DNA of 64,000 nt, from positions 832,001 to 896,000 of the forward strand of contig CAWDML010000003.1 of NCBI GenBank assembly GCA_963803435.1. Direction: 5' to 3'. Numbering within the stretch: the stretch's first letter is position 1; every line of letters starts with the position of its first letter. Made by a program: the position numbers and the translations under genes. Of the stretch, positions 43,342-53,718 are shown one piece after another. The DNA is from an uncultured delta proteobacterium (GTDB lineage: Bacteria; Myxococcota; Kuafuiibacteriia; Kuafuiibacteriales; Kuafuiibacteriaceae). The notes beneath the pieces are model-generated. The model saw only the letters and a program-made list of their open reading frames with translations, did not search any database and was not told where the DNA came from.

Positions 43342-46300
43342 TTAGGGGAAGAGCCGGGACAGGCGCCGCGTGACCGCGGCGAAGCCGTCCTCGATGAGGG
43401 TGATCGTGGTGGGCAGGAGCACCGTCGTGAGGAACGTGGACACCACCAGGCCGCCGATGAGCACCAGCGCGATCGAGTAGTAGTAGATGCCGCCCAGCGC
43501 CGGCTTCTGGATCACCATGGGCAGCAGCCCGAGCAGCGTGGTGCCGGCGGTCATCAGCACCGGCCGCAGGCGTTCGCGGCCGCCGCGCAGCATGGCCTCC
43601 TCCCGCGGCATCCCCTCGCGCCGGTACATGTTGATGTGCTCGACCATCACGATGCCGTTGTTCACCACGATCCCGATCAGAAGCAGCAGGCCGATGGCCG
43701 CGGGTTGGTCGAAGTCGGTCCCATACAGGTAGAGCGTCCAGAAGGCGCCGGAGAGGGCGAACGGGAGCGCGATCATCAGCGCGAGCGCCTGCAGCACCGA
43801 CTCGAACAGGCCGGCCATGAGCGCGAAGATCAGGAGGAGGGCCAGGAGCAGGTTGACGAAGAACTCCTCCGACTTCTCCTTGCGCTCGGTCTGCCACCGC
43901 CCGAACGTCCACGAGTAGCCGTAGGGCAGCTTCATCGTGGCCATCGCGTCCTTCACCTTCTGGATGTACTCCTCCTTGGTACCGTCCTCGTAGCGCCCGC
44001 CCACCCAGACGCTGGTGAGGCGGCTGTCGCGCTGGATCTGCTTGGGGCCCTTGGCCTCCTCGAGCTGCGCGACCGCCGCCAGGGGTACCGACTCGCCGTT
44101 GCCGCCGAGCAGGCGGAGGTTCTCGAGCTGCGAGACCGACTCGGTCTTCTGCTCGCCGAGCGCGAGCCACATCTCCCGTTCGCCGGAGTCGGTCCGGTAG
44201 CGCGGCAGGCGTCGGCCGCGGAAGGTCAGCCCCACCACCTCCGCGGGCTGGGTCGGGACGATGTCGTAGCGTGAGAGCAGTGCCCGATCGAGCCGGACGT
44301 AGAGCTCGGTGCCCCCCTCCTCGTTCGAGGAGAACGACTCGACGAAGCCCGGGATCGCGTCGAGCCGTTCGCGCGCCTCCTGGGCCAGCTCGGACAGGAC
44401 CTCGGAGTCGTCCCCCACCAGCTGGAACGCGACCCGCTTGCCGCGATCCGGCCGCCAGAAGTCCCGCTCGGCGGTCACCTCGAGCTTCACGCCGGCCACC
44501 TCGGGGATCCGCTCGCGCAGCCGCTCGCGTACCAGGTTGAGGTTGTCCTCGTTCGCCTCGCCCTCCTTCAGGTACACCCGCGTGATCGCGAGGTCCGGCG
44601 CCCAGTAGCTATAGATGGACCTCGCCATGAGCTCGTCCCGGTGCGGCTCGATGGCGGCCTCCACGATGTTCACCACCTCCTCTTTCTTCTCCAGGCTGAG
44701 CGGCTCGCTGAAGGTGTAGTGCACCTGCGCGAACATGTCGGTCTGCTCGGCGTCGAAGTTCATGTCGACGTGCATGAACGGGAAGGCCGCGGAGGCGAAG
44801 ACGGCGATGCCGACGACCGGGGTGAGCCACCAGTGCCTCAGGTTCAGCTCGAGGATCCGCTGATAGCGACGCTCGAGGAAGTGCATGAGCGCGCCTCGCG
44901 GCGGCGGATCACCGCGGATGAATCGCGAGGTGGCGAGCGGGATCAAGGTCTGGCTGACGAAGAGCGAGGCGAGCAGCGTGATCGCGATGGTGATCGCGAG
45001 CTCCTGCAGGACCAGGTTGAGCTGGCTTGGCTTGCTGAAGATCAGCGGCAAGAACACGATCACCGAGGTCATCGTCGCGGCGATCACCGCTGTCGAGACC
45101 TCGCGCGCACCGAGGAGCGAGGCCGTCCGTCGCTCCTCGCCCAGCTCGGCGTGACGGAAGATGTTCTCCATGACCACCACGGCGTTGTCGACCAGCATGC
45201 CCACGCCCACGATCAATCCGAGGAGCGTGAGCGTGTTGAGCGTCTTGCCCATCAGCCAGACCGCGCCGCACGTCACCAGCAGCGAGAAGGGCACGCAGAG
45301 CACCGCGACCAGGGTGCTGGTCCAGCGCCGCAGGAAGCCGAACAGGATCGCCGAGGCGAGGAGGGCGCCGATGATCCCGGTCCAGGTCAGGTCGCCGAGC
45401 GTGTTCTCGATCTCGCGGCTCTGACTGAACCAGACCAGAAAGGAGACGCCCGAGAGCTCCGGGTCGTCCTTCATCTCCGCGATGCGGGCCTCCAGCGCCT
45501 TGCCGACCTCGACGCTGTTGGCCTTCGCCTCCTGGCTGACGGTGATGCCGATGGCGAAGTCGCCGTCGAGGTGGCGGCCGTACTCGAGCGGCGGCTCCTC
45601 GTAGGTGATGTCGGCGATGTCGGACAGCCGAAGCCCGTCCGCGCGGATCGGGAGCTCCTCGATCTCCTCCAGCGAGCTGAACGTGCTGACGGTCCGGACC
45701 GCAAGGCGGTGCTCGGCGTTGGTGATCTTGCCGACCGACTGATCGAAGTTGGCGCGCTGGAGGAGGCGTTCGACGGTGCGAACGTCGACCCCGTGGTGGA
45801 TCAGATCGGGGACCCGCAGGTTCACGCGCACCTGCTTGGGCTGCACGCCGTCCAGTCGGACCTGCGCCACTCCGGGGATGCGCAGGAGCGGCCGGACGAT
45901 GCGTCGATCCAGGAGGTCGTAGCTGTCGGAGAGGTTCTTCGGCGAGGAGAGGCGGCCCTCGAGGATGGGCTTCTCCGCCTGGCGCGAGTCCCAGCTGTTG
46001 GTGACCGAGATGTCTCCGATGTCCTCGGGCAGATCGACCTTCACCCGGTCGAGCCGCTCCCAGACGTCGACCTTGGCGATCCGCATGTCGATCGACCAGC
46101 TGAAGTTGAGGCCGATCATCGCGCCTTCCCGATCCGCGAACGCGAACATGTGCTCGATCCCGCGGACCGTCGCCAGCGCCTCCTCGACCGGGCGGATGAT
46201 GATGCGCTCGACCTGCTCCGGCGACGCGCTGGGATAGGGCACCCGCACGAACACCATCGGCTCCTCGATGTCCGGCATGAACGCCAGGGGCAGCCGCTCC

Positions 46301-46389
46301 AGCGCCACCGCGCCCAGGACGGTCATGCTCACCAGCATCATGAGCGTGGTGATGGGCCGCTTGACGGCCAGATCGGCGAGCGACCTCAC
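43342..46389 (-). CDS. RND efflux permease (AcrB/MdtC-like)
   Basis: GMLVDNAVVVMENI, RLRPVLMT; 1015 aa. Confidence 0.95.
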   Translation of the reverse strand: MRSLADLAVKRPITTLMMLVSMTVLGAVALERLPLAFMPDIEEPMVFVRVPYPSASPEQVERIIIRPVEEALATVRGIEHMFAFADREGAMIGLNFSWSIDMRIAKVDVWERLDRVKVDLPEDIGDISVTNSWDSRQAEKPILEGRLSSPKNLSDSYDLLDRRIVRPLLRIPGVAQVRLDGVQPKQVRVNLRVPDLIHHGVDVRTVERLLQRANFDQSVGKITNAEHRLAVRTVSTFSSLEEIEELPIRADGLRLSDIADITYEEPPLEYGRHLDGDFAIGITVSQEAKANSVEVGKALEARIAEMKDDPELSGVSFLVWFSQSREIENTLGDLTWTGIIGALLASAILFGFLRRWTSTLVAVLCVPFSLLVTCGAVWLMGKTLNTLTLLGLIVGVGMLVDNAVVVMENIFRHAELGEERRTASLLGAREVSTAVIAATMTSVIVFLPLIFSKPSQLNLVLQELAITIAITLLASLFVSQTLIPLATSRFIRGDPPPRGALMHFLERRYQRILELNLRHWWLTPVVGIAVFASAAFPFMHVDMNFDAEQTDMFAQVHYTFSEPLSLEKKEEVVNIVEAAIEPHRDELMARSIYSYWAPDLAITRVYLKEGEANEDNLNLVRERLRERIPEVAGVKLEVTAERDFWRPDRGKRVAFQLVGDDSEVLSELAQEARERLDAIPGFVESFSSNEEGGTELYVRLDRALLSRYDIVPTQPAEVVGLTFRGRRLPRYRTDSGEREMWLALGEQKTESVSQLENLRLLGGNGESVPLAAVAQLEEAKGPKQIQRDSRLTSVWVGGRYEDGTKEEYIQKVKDAMATMKLPYGYSWTFGRWQTERKEKSEEFFVNLLLALLLIFALMAGLFESVLQALALMIALPFALSGAFWTLYLYGTDFDQPAAIGLLLLIGIVVNNGIVMVEHINMYRREGMPREEAMLRGGRERLRPVLMTAGTTLLGLLPMVIQKPALGGIYYYSIALVLIGGLVVSTFLTTVLLPTTITLIEDGFAAVTRRLSRLFP

Positions 46390-49300
46390 GGCGAAGGCTC
46401 CAGCTCGTCCGGCGCGACGCGCGAGGGCACCAGCATGTACGCCGCCGGGATCACCACCAGCGTGAGCAACGTGCTCGTGATCAGGCCGGCGGTGACGGTG
46501 ATGGCCAGCGGCGCACGCAGCTCGCCGCCTTCGCCCCAGCCGATCGCGGTGGGGACGAGCGCTAGGACGGTCGTCGAGGTGGTCATGAGGATCGGGCGCA
46601 GGCGGACGTGGCCGGCACGGATCACCGCCTCGAGCTTGTCCATCCCATCGCGGCGGTATCGGTTGATCCCATCGATGAGGACGATGGCGTTGTTCACCAC
46701 GATGCCCACCAGCAGGATCACGCCGATCAGCACGATCACGGTCACCGTGGTGTGCGTGGCCAGCAGGACGGCCACCACGCCGATCAAGGCGAGGGGGATC
46801 GTGGACAGCACGATCAGCGGGTGGACCAGCGACTCGAAGATCGAGGCCATCACCAAGTAGACGAGAAAGATGGCGAGCCCGACCGCGAACTTCAGGCTGG
46901 CGAAGGAGACCTGCATCTCGCGGTTCTGTCCCCCGATCTCGGCGGTGAGGCCGCGGCCCCCGATGACGTCGTCGAGCACGCCCTGCACGGCGTCCACGGC
47001 GTCCCCGAGGCTCCGGCCGTCGAGGTTCGCGGTGATCAGCGCGGCGCGCTGCTGCTGGAGGCGATGGATCTCCGCGGGGCCGCGGGCGGTCCTGACGTCC
47101 GCCACGGAGAGGAGGCGGATCGGGCTGCCGTCCGGCCCGGGGAGGATCAGGCGGCGGACGTCCTCGATGGAGCGGCGCATGCTCTCCTGGTTCAAGATCC
47201 GGATGTCGATCTGGCGGTCGGTCTCCTTGAAGCGCGTCGGCACCACGCCCTGGACCCGGTCGCGCAGGGTGTTCGAGAGCGCCGCCACGTCGAGCCCGAG
47301 CGCGGCCACGCGACGCCGATCGAAGGCGACCTGCAGCTCCGGATTGCCGGCCTCGAGCGAGGAGCGGACGTCGACGAAGCCGGGGAGGCGGGACAGGCGC
47401 TCCGCCAGCACCAGCGAGCGGCGCCGGAGCTCGCCCAGATCCTCGCCGAACACCGCCACCTCGATCGGTGTCTGGAGGCTGAAGTAGGTGGGATAGCCGA
47501 GGCGGATCCGGGCGTCGGGGATCGCGCGATACTCGTCGCGGAGGCGGCTCGAGATCTGCTCCTCGACGTCGGGCTCGGTGCGGTCGGCCAGCACGAGGTC
47601 GAGCTGGGCCAGATTCTCCGCCTTGGTGTTCACCGACACTCCGCCGGAGGCCTGGCGGCTGCCGACGGTCACGAAGTAGCGCGCGATGCCCTTCTCCTTC
47701 GCTGCCAGACTCTCCATGCGCTTCGCGATCCGATCGGTCGCGGCCAGCGAGGTGCCCTCGGGCATCTGGAGCTCGTAGAAGAGCTCACCGGAGCGGAGGC
47801 GGGGGATGAGCTCGGTCTCGAGCGAGCGGACACCGGCGAGCGCGATCGCGAAGAGGCCGGCGGCCACGAAGATCGTGAGCCAGGCGCGGCGCACGGCGCC
47901 CCGGAGGAGCCGATCGTACGCGCGCGAGGCCCATCCGAGCGAAGCGCGCGCGGAGTCGGGTGCGAGGGCTTCGACCGAGCGGGCCCCGCGGGCTCCGCGG
48001 CCGCTCAACATCGGGATCACGGTGACCGCCACCAGGAGCGACGCGAGCAGGCTGATCGTCACCGTGATCGCCTGATCCTTGAACAGCTGGCCGGCGACGC
48101 CCTCCACGAAGACGATGGGGAGAAAGACCGCGATGGTGGTGAGCGTGGAGGCGACCACCGCCGGTCCGACCTCGGTCGCGCCCTCGAGCGCCGCCTGAAC
48201 CGGCCCGGCCCCTTCGTGGCGCCGGCGGTGGATCGCCTCCAGGACCACGATGGCGTTGTCGACCAGCATCCCGACGCCGAGCGTCAGCCCGCCCAGCGAC
48301 ATGATGTTGAGGCTGACGTCGAGCCGATACATCGCCATGAACGTGGCCACGATCGAGAGCGGGATGGCGGTGGCGATGATGACCGTGCTCTTGAGGTCCC
48401 GGAGGAAGAGGAGGAGCACCAGGATGGCGAGGAGACCGCCGATCAACGTCGAGTCGCGTACCTCGCGGATCGCGCTCTCGATATAGCGAGACTGATCGAA
48501 GAGAACGGTGAGCTCGTAGCCCTCGGGCAGCTTCTTCTGCCAGCCCTGGATCCGCTCCGCGAGCGCCCGGGCGGTGAGCACGGTGTTCGCGTCGCCCTCC
48601 TTGAACACCGCGATCTCGACCACCTCCTTGCCGCCGAAGCGCGTGATCTCTTCGCGCTCCCGGGCGCCGAGCTCGACCTTCGCCACGTCGGAGAGCCTCA
48701 CGATGCGGCCGCCGGAGCCCTCGAGCACGATCAGGTTCGCGATCTCGTCCACCGAGTCGAGCTCGTTGACGGTCCGGATCAGGAGCTCCCAATCCTCGCC
48801 GCGCAGCGCGCCGCCCGGAACGTTGATGTTGGCGGCGCCGACGGCGTCGCGGACCGTGGCCAGCGAGATGCCGAGCGCAGCCAGGCGCTCCTGATCGATC
48901 TCGATGCGGATCTCCTCTTCGAGCCCGCCCCGGAGCTGCGCGGCGGCGACACCGAGGACCGTCTCGAGGTCGGGCTTCAGGCGGCGCTCGGCCAGGCGGC
49001 GGACCGCCCTCAGATCGTCGGGGCCGTAGAGCGCCAGCCGCATGATCGGATCGAGGGAGGGATCGTAGCGGAGGACCAGGGGCGGCTCGGTCCCGACCGG
49101 GAAGACGATGCGATCGAGCTTCTCGCGTACGTCCATCGCGACGCTGCTCATGTCGGAGCCCCACGACAGCTCCATGCTCACCTCGGAGACCCCGGGGCGG
49201 GACACCGAGTGGAGTCGCTCGAGCCCGCCGATCACGCCGACCGCCTCCTCGACCGGCCGGGTGACCATGGTCTCGACCTCCTGCGGGGCGGCGTCCGCGA

Positions 49301-49454
49301 ACTCGGTGCGGACGGTGAGCGTCGGATAGGAGATGTCGGGGAAGAGCTCGACCGACAGGCGCTGATAGCCGACGATCCCGAACGCGACCACCGCCAGCGC
49401 GAACATGGTGACGGTCACGGGACGCCGGACCGCGAGCTCGATCAGACCGCGCAT
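46386..49454 (-). CDS. RND efflux permease (AcrB/MdtB-like)
   Basis: GMLVDNAIVVLE, RLRPILMT; 1022 aa. Confidence 0.95.
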   Translation of the reverse strand: MRGLIELAVRRPVTVTMFALAVVAFGIVGYQRLSVELFPDISYPTLTVRTEFADAAPQEVETMVTRPVEEAVGVIGGLERLHSVSRPGVSEVSMELSWGSDMSSVAMDVREKLDRIVFPVGTEPPLVLRYDPSLDPIMRLALYGPDDLRAVRRLAERRLKPDLETVLGVAAAQLRGGLEEEIRIEIDQERLAALGISLATVRDAVGAANINVPGGALRGEDWELLIRTVNELDSVDEIANLIVLEGSGGRIVRLSDVAKVELGAREREEITRFGGKEVVEIAVFKEGDANTVLTARALAERIQGWQKKLPEGYELTVLFDQSRYIESAIREVRDSTLIGGLLAILVLLLFLRDLKSTVIIATAIPLSIVATFMAMYRLDVSLNIMSLGGLTLGVGMLVDNAIVVLEAIHRRRHEGAGPVQAALEGATEVGPAVVASTLTTIAVFLPIVFVEGVAGQLFKDQAITVTISLLASLLVAVTVIPMLSGRGARGARSVEALAPDSARASLGWASRAYDRLLRGAVRRAWLTIFVAAGLFAIALAGVRSLETELIPRLRSGELFYELQMPEGTSLAATDRIAKRMESLAAKEKGIARYFVTVGSRQASGGVSVNTKAENLAQLDLVLADRTEPDVEEQISSRLRDEYRAIPDARIRLGYPTYFSLQTPIEVAVFGEDLGELRRRSLVLAERLSRLPGFVDVRSSLEAGNPELQVAFDRRRVAALGLDVAALSNTLRDRVQGVVPTRFKETDRQIDIRILNQESMRRSIEDVRRLILPGPDGSPIRLLSVADVRTARGPAEIHRLQQQRAALITANLDGRSLGDAVDAVQGVLDDVIGGRGLTAEIGGQNREMQVSFASLKFAVGLAIFLVYLVMASIFESLVHPLIVLSTIPLALIGVVAVLLATHTTVTVIVLIGVILLVGIVVNNAIVLIDGINRYRRDGMDKLEAVIRAGHVRLRPILMTTSTTVLALVPTAIGWGEGGELRAPLAITVTAGLITSTLLTLVVIPAAYMLVPSRVAPDELEPSP

Positions 49455-49461
49455 GGCGTTG

Positions 49462-50499
49462 TCAGCTCTCCAGGATCTTGATGGGAGCGCCGTCTTCGAG
49501 GGAGTGCTGGCCCTTGGTCACGACCTGCTCGCCCGCCTCGACGCCCTCGAGGACCTGGAGTCGATCGCCCTCCTCGAAGCCGATCCGCACCACGCGGCGG
49601 TGCGCCTTGCCGTCGCTCGCCACGAAGACGACGCGGTCCTTCTGCTCCTCGATGACGGCGATGCGCGGCACCAGGAGGGCGTCCTCTCGCCGCTCCGTCA
49701 CGATGCGCACCTCCGCGAAGTCGCCGGCGCGGATCCCCTCCGGATACTGCGAGATCTCGATGCTGACCTTCACCGTTCCGGTCGCCGGATCGATGATCGG
49801 GCTGACCAGGAAGATCTTGCCGGTGAGCTTCGCGTGATTGCTGTCCACGACCAGCTCGACCGGCTGGCCCTGGTTCAGCCGCTTCAGCTCCTTGGACGGC
49901 ACGTGGACGCGCGCGATCAGCGGCTCGAGGTCCGCGATCTCGAACAGCGGCGTGCCGTTGGTGACGGTCCGGCCCACGTCCACCAGACGCCCGACCAGAC
50001 GGCCGCTGAAGGGGGCGCGGACCACCGTCCGGGTGAGCTCGAGCCGCGCCAGCTCCTCCTCGGCCTGGGCCGAGGCGTAGTCTTGCTTGGCGGTGACCAG
50101 CTCCTCGACCGTCGCCAGGTCCTTGGCGACCAGGCCCTGCAGCCGCTCGTGCACGTCGGCGAGGCGCGCGGTGTGGGCGGCCGCCTGCGCGACCCGGAGG
50201 CGGTACTCGTCGTTCTCGATCTTCAGGAGGACCTCGCCCTCCTTCACCCGGGCACCTTCCTCGCGCGCGATCGACTGGACCACTCCGGTCACCCTCGCCA
50301 GCACGGTCGCCGTCTTCTCCGGCTCGAGGGTCGCCGTCGCCACGTAGAAGCTGGCGATGGAACCTCGCTCCGCCGCGACCACCGCCACCGGCGCGGGGGG
50401 GCCGGCGGGCTTCCTGTCCTTGGGCGGCTCGTTGGTGGAAGCACCGACCTGCTCGCAGCCGAGCAGCGTCACGAGCGCGAGGAGCCCGGATCGGTGCAT
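49462..50499 (-). CDS. RND periplasmic adaptor (MFP) lipoprotein
   Basis: LLGC lipobox; VRAPFSG, SPIIDPATGT. Confidence 0.92.
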   Translation of the reverse strand: MHRSGLLALVTLLGCEQVGASTNEPPKDRKPAGPPAPVAVVAAERGSIASFYVATATLEPEKTATVLARVTGVVQSIAREEGARVKEGEVLLKIENDEYRLRVAQAAAHTARLADVHERLQGLVAKDLATVEELVTAKQDYASAQAEEELARLELTRTVVRAPFSGRLVGRLVDVGRTVTNGTPLFEIADLEPLIARVHVPSKELKRLNQGQPVELVVDSNHAKLTGKIFLVSPIIDPATGTVKVSIEISQYPEGIRAGDFAEVRIVTERREDALLVPRIAVIEEQKDRVVFVASDGKAHRRVVRIGFEEGDRLQVLEGVEAGEQVVTKGQHSLEDGAPIKILES

Positions 50500-50613
50500 T
50501 CTCAGCGGAACCATTCGACGGCCGCCATGATGCCCGATGGAATCAGGTCTGCCCATGCAGGAATGAGCCTGCAGTTTGCCTTCTGATCCGCCGTGGCCGA
50601 GCCTTCCGCCGCG

Positions 50614-52005
50614 ATGCACGCGCTGGCTCTCGTAGCGGCTCTCACGGCGTCTTCTCCAGGCGGACCTGCCGAGCCGCTCACGCTGGAAGACGCGACCAAG
50701 ATTGCGCTCGAACACGCGAGCGAGATGGTTTTGGCCCGCGAGGACGTCATCCTCGTCGACGCCGAGTTCATGTCGGCCCTCTCTGCGATCCTCCCGCGCT
50801 TCGATCTGAACCTTTCGGCCGGAGAGTTCTTCGCCGGGAAGCGGATCATCGAGTCGCGAAACCCGGAGCCGGTCATCCTCCCCACGGAGCTCCCTCAGGT
50901 CACCTTCGGTCCCTACCGCGACGCGGTGACCAACAACTACAGCAATCCGGATCTTTCCCTGGGCATCACCGGGCGCCAGCTGATCTACGACGGCGGCCGG
51001 TGGTGGAACGTGCTCGATCGCGTGTCGGCGGTTCGCACGCAGCGCAACGCCGCCCTCGTCGGCGTCGAGAACCAGGTGAGGGCCGGCGTCGCGCGGACCT
51101 TCTACGGGCTCGAGAAGGCTCGCCGCGCCATCGAGACCCTGCGCGAGCAGCTCGCGTACGACCAGGCGCAGATCGAGCGCGCCCGCTCCTTGTACGAGGC
51201 TGGCCGCGGTCGCCGCGCCGACACCGCCATCGCCGAGCGGAACCTCGCCGCCGACGAGGTGACCCTCCAGGACTTCCTGCTCTCCGAGGCCAGGGCCCGA
51301 CGCGCCTTCAACCTCCAGCTGGGGCGCGACCCGCAGACACCCGCTCGGCTCTCCATCTCGCCGGCCGTCGTCTCCATCACCGACGAGCTCCCGCCCCGGT
51401 TCGTCCCGGCCACCGAGGCGCTCCTCTCGATCGCGCTCGCGAGCCGGCCCGAGCTCGAGGACATGCGTGCCCAGGTGCGCGCCCGCCAGGAGGAGGTCGA
51501 CATCGCCGGGGCCGACGACTGGCCGGTCGTCGGGCTCGAGAGCAGCTATCAGCGAAGCAGCCGCCGTCCCGATCGCGTGTTCAACAACCCGTTCGAGAAC
51601 TACATCGCTACGGTGCAGGTCGCGATCTCCTGGAACCTGTTCCAGGGTCTCGGGACCAAGGCCGCCGTGGAGGCGGCGCTGGTCGCGATGCGCCGCCAGG
51701 TCGAGGAGCTGGCGCGGCTCGAGCGCGAGGTGCGGGCCGACGTCGAGGATCGCTCCCAGGAGCTCGCCCGCCAGCGCGCGGTCTACGCGCTGGCCCGCCG
51801 CCAGATCGCCTCTGCTGACGAGGCGGTCGGTCTGGCTCGCGGCCTGTTCGCGGCCGGCCGCGGCACTGCGCTCGAGCTCCGCGATGCAGAGCTCGGCCTC
51901 ACCGAGGCCAAGCTGACGGCGCTCAACGCGCGACTCGATCTCGAGGTGGCGTTCGTGGATCTGGTGCGCGCGGTGGGCACCGCGGACTGGAGTACGGCGC
52001 GATGA
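50614..52005 (+). CDS. TolC family outer-membrane efflux protein
   Basis: LTLEDATKIALEH, RPEL, GRGTALELRDAE; divergent from the RND operon. Confidence 0.9.
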   Translation: MHALALVAALTASSPGGPAEPLTLEDATKIALEHASEMVLAREDVILVDAEFMSALSAILPRFDLNLSAGEFFAGKRIIESRNPEPVILPTELPQVTFGPYRDAVTNNYSNPDLSLGITGRQLIYDGGRWWNVLDRVSAVRTQRNAALVGVENQVRAGVARTFYGLEKARRAIETLREQLAYDQAQIERARSLYEAGRGRRADTAIAERNLAADEVTLQDFLLSEARARRAFNLQLGRDPQTPARLSISPAVVSITDELPPRFVPATEALLSIALASRPELEDMRAQVRARQEEVDIAGADDWPVVGLESSYQRSSRRPDRVFNNPFENYIATVQVAISWNLFQGLGTKAAVEAALVAMRRQVEELARLEREVRADVEDRSQELARQRAVYALARRQIASADEAVGLARGLFAAGRGTALELRDAELGLTEAKLTALNARLDLEVAFVDLVRAVGTADWSTAR

Positions 52006-53604
52006 TCAGAGCCGCGGTGCGAGGATCGGATCGAGGACCGCCTGCTTGTCGGTGTTGACCGTGATCCAGTCGTCCTGAAGGATACCCCCGGTGTCGCCCG
52101 AGTTCGGGTTCAGGCACCAGTAGGCGAAGCTGAGCGAACGCGTCCCGAGGTAGCCGGCGAGCGACGTCAGCCAGAGTCGATCGGTCTCGGTCTGATTCCG
52201 CGTCCCGAACTCTCCCAGCCATACGGGCGCCGTCCCCTCGGCCGCCAGGTAGCCCCAGTACTGATCCCACACCGAGGGCAGGTTGCTCGGATAGGCCGGA
52301 TCGTTGAACCAGGTCTGCTGATACACGCTCGCGGGATAGTCGTGCGGCGAGTAGACGACGCGGTCCGGGACGTCCAGCCGGACCGGGTTCGCGCCAGCGC
52401 CGGAGAGATTTCCACCCCACCAGTAGTGCGTGGTGCCGACCGTCTCCACGCCCTCGACGAAGATCAGCCAGTCCGGATTGACGGCGAGGATCGCGTTACC
52501 GCCCCGTTCGGCGGCGAGGCGCCAATCGGTGGCGAGGTTGCCGTCGCCCCAGGTGGCCGAGCCGTGGGGCTCGTTGTGCAGATCGGCGCCGATGACCGTC
52601 GGGTCACCTCGGTATCGGCTCGCCAGCATCTGCCAGTCGGCGATCCAGCGCGACTCGGGATACTGCGCCGTGTACCAGAGCTCGGATTGGGAGCCTGCGT
52701 CGGGACGGTGGCGGTCGAGGATGATGCGCAGGCCGCGCGTACCGGCTTGCTGGATCAGCGCGTCGAGGATCTCGACTCCGCTCTTGTCGCGAAGGTCCGG
52801 GTTCGCCGTGAAGTCGATGCCGTTGGGCGTCGAGCCGGCGTCGAACAGCTGGCTGGAGAACGGGACGCGGACGACGTTGTAGCCGAGCGATGCGATCTGA
52901 TCGAGGTAGCTGCCCAGGGAGCGCGGTTGCCACAGACCGTGCGGGGCGTAGTTCGGCGTCTCGAGGCCGAACCAGTTGATCCCGGTGAGCCGCACGACCG
53001 CGCCGTTCGAGTCGACAATCTGGGCGCCGCGCGTGTGAAGGTAGCCCGGTGTGGTCTCGGGGCTCGGCGTGACGCCGCCGTCGGGAGGCACGGTGGGGTC
53101 GGGATCGTTCGTGCCGGCGTCGCTGCAGCCGGCCGAGTGGGTGGCCGCCACCTCGAAGCTCAGGCCCGGTCCGTCGTGCCATTCGCCGTGGTCGTCCTGG
53201 TAGGTCGGATACGCCTCCCAGGTCCCGAGCGCATCGCCCTCCTGGAAGGGTCGCGACGCGGTCACGCGGACAGTGTCGTCGGGTGCGACGTCGAGCGGAC
53301 CCGCCTGGGGCGCCGCGTCGTCGTACGGTCCGCCCGCGTGGGTGGCGCCGGGACGCCGCATCGCAATCACGATCCGTTCGATGTGGAGCGTGCCGGCGGT
53401 GCTGTTCTTGTACTTGACCTGCCCGGCCTGTGTCTCGCCCAGCTCGACGCGCGCGCGATCGAGTGTGAGCTCGCCGACCACCTCGAAGCGCCCGTCATTG
53501 ATGGTCGCGGTGTCTGTCGCGACGAAGCCGGGCTCGCCTCCATTGCAGGCGATCACCGCCAACCACGCGCACGTGCTGAAAGAACATACGAAGAGCTTCG
53601 ACAT
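52006..53604 (-). CDS. GH5 endoglucanase with N-terminal Ig-like domain, probable lipoprotein
   Basis: GINWFGLET..APHGLW, DLHNEPH, YSPHDY, WLGEFG, NPNSGDTGG; GGAGG RBS. Confidence 0.92.
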   Translation of the reverse strand: MSKLFVCSFSTCAWLAVIACNGGEPGFVATDTATINDGRFEVVGELTLDRARVELGETQAGQVKYKNSTAGTLHIERIVIAMRRPGATHAGGPYDDAAPQAGPLDVAPDDTVRVTASRPFQEGDALGTWEAYPTYQDDHGEWHDGPGLSFEVAATHSAGCSDAGTNDPDPTVPPDGGVTPSPETTPGYLHTRGAQIVDSNGAVVRLTGINWFGLETPNYAPHGLWQPRSLGSYLDQIASLGYNVVRVPFSSQLFDAGSTPNGIDFTANPDLRDKSGVEILDALIQQAGTRGLRIILDRHRPDAGSQSELWYTAQYPESRWIADWQMLASRYRGDPTVIGADLHNEPHGSATWGDGNLATDWRLAAERGGNAILAVNPDWLIFVEGVETVGTTHYWWGGNLSGAGANPVRLDVPDRVVYSPHDYPASVYQQTWFNDPAYPSNLPSVWDQYWGYLAAEGTAPVWLGEFGTRNQTETDRLWLTSLAGYLGTRSLSFAYWCLNPNSGDTGGILQDDWITVNTDKQAVLDPILAPRL

Positions 53605-53623
53605 CGTCCCCTCCTTCTTGGTG

Positions 53624-53653
53624 ATGGAGGGACGACCTCGAGGTTTCGGGTCA
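53624..53653 (-). promoter_or_regulatory. candidate ECF-target promoter TGACCCGAA-N13-CCCTCCAT
   Basis: 17 of 17 motif bases identical to 54745-54774 with the same spacer length. Confidence 0.7.
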
Positions 53654-53718
53654 CGCGGTGCTCGGATTCGCGTGACAACCTCGAACGCCGCTCCGCAAGA
53701 TCGGGAGCTGGAACGTCG

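Noticed and set aside
43342-52005. Two RND permeases with a divergent TolC as a novel system
   Set aside because: Paired-permease RND systems (MdtABC-like) are well known.
53605-53685. Two hairpins upstream of GH5, one covering the SD, as a riboswitch
   Set aside because: The predicted ECF promoter lies inside them, so most of this would not be transcribed; no known aptamer motif.
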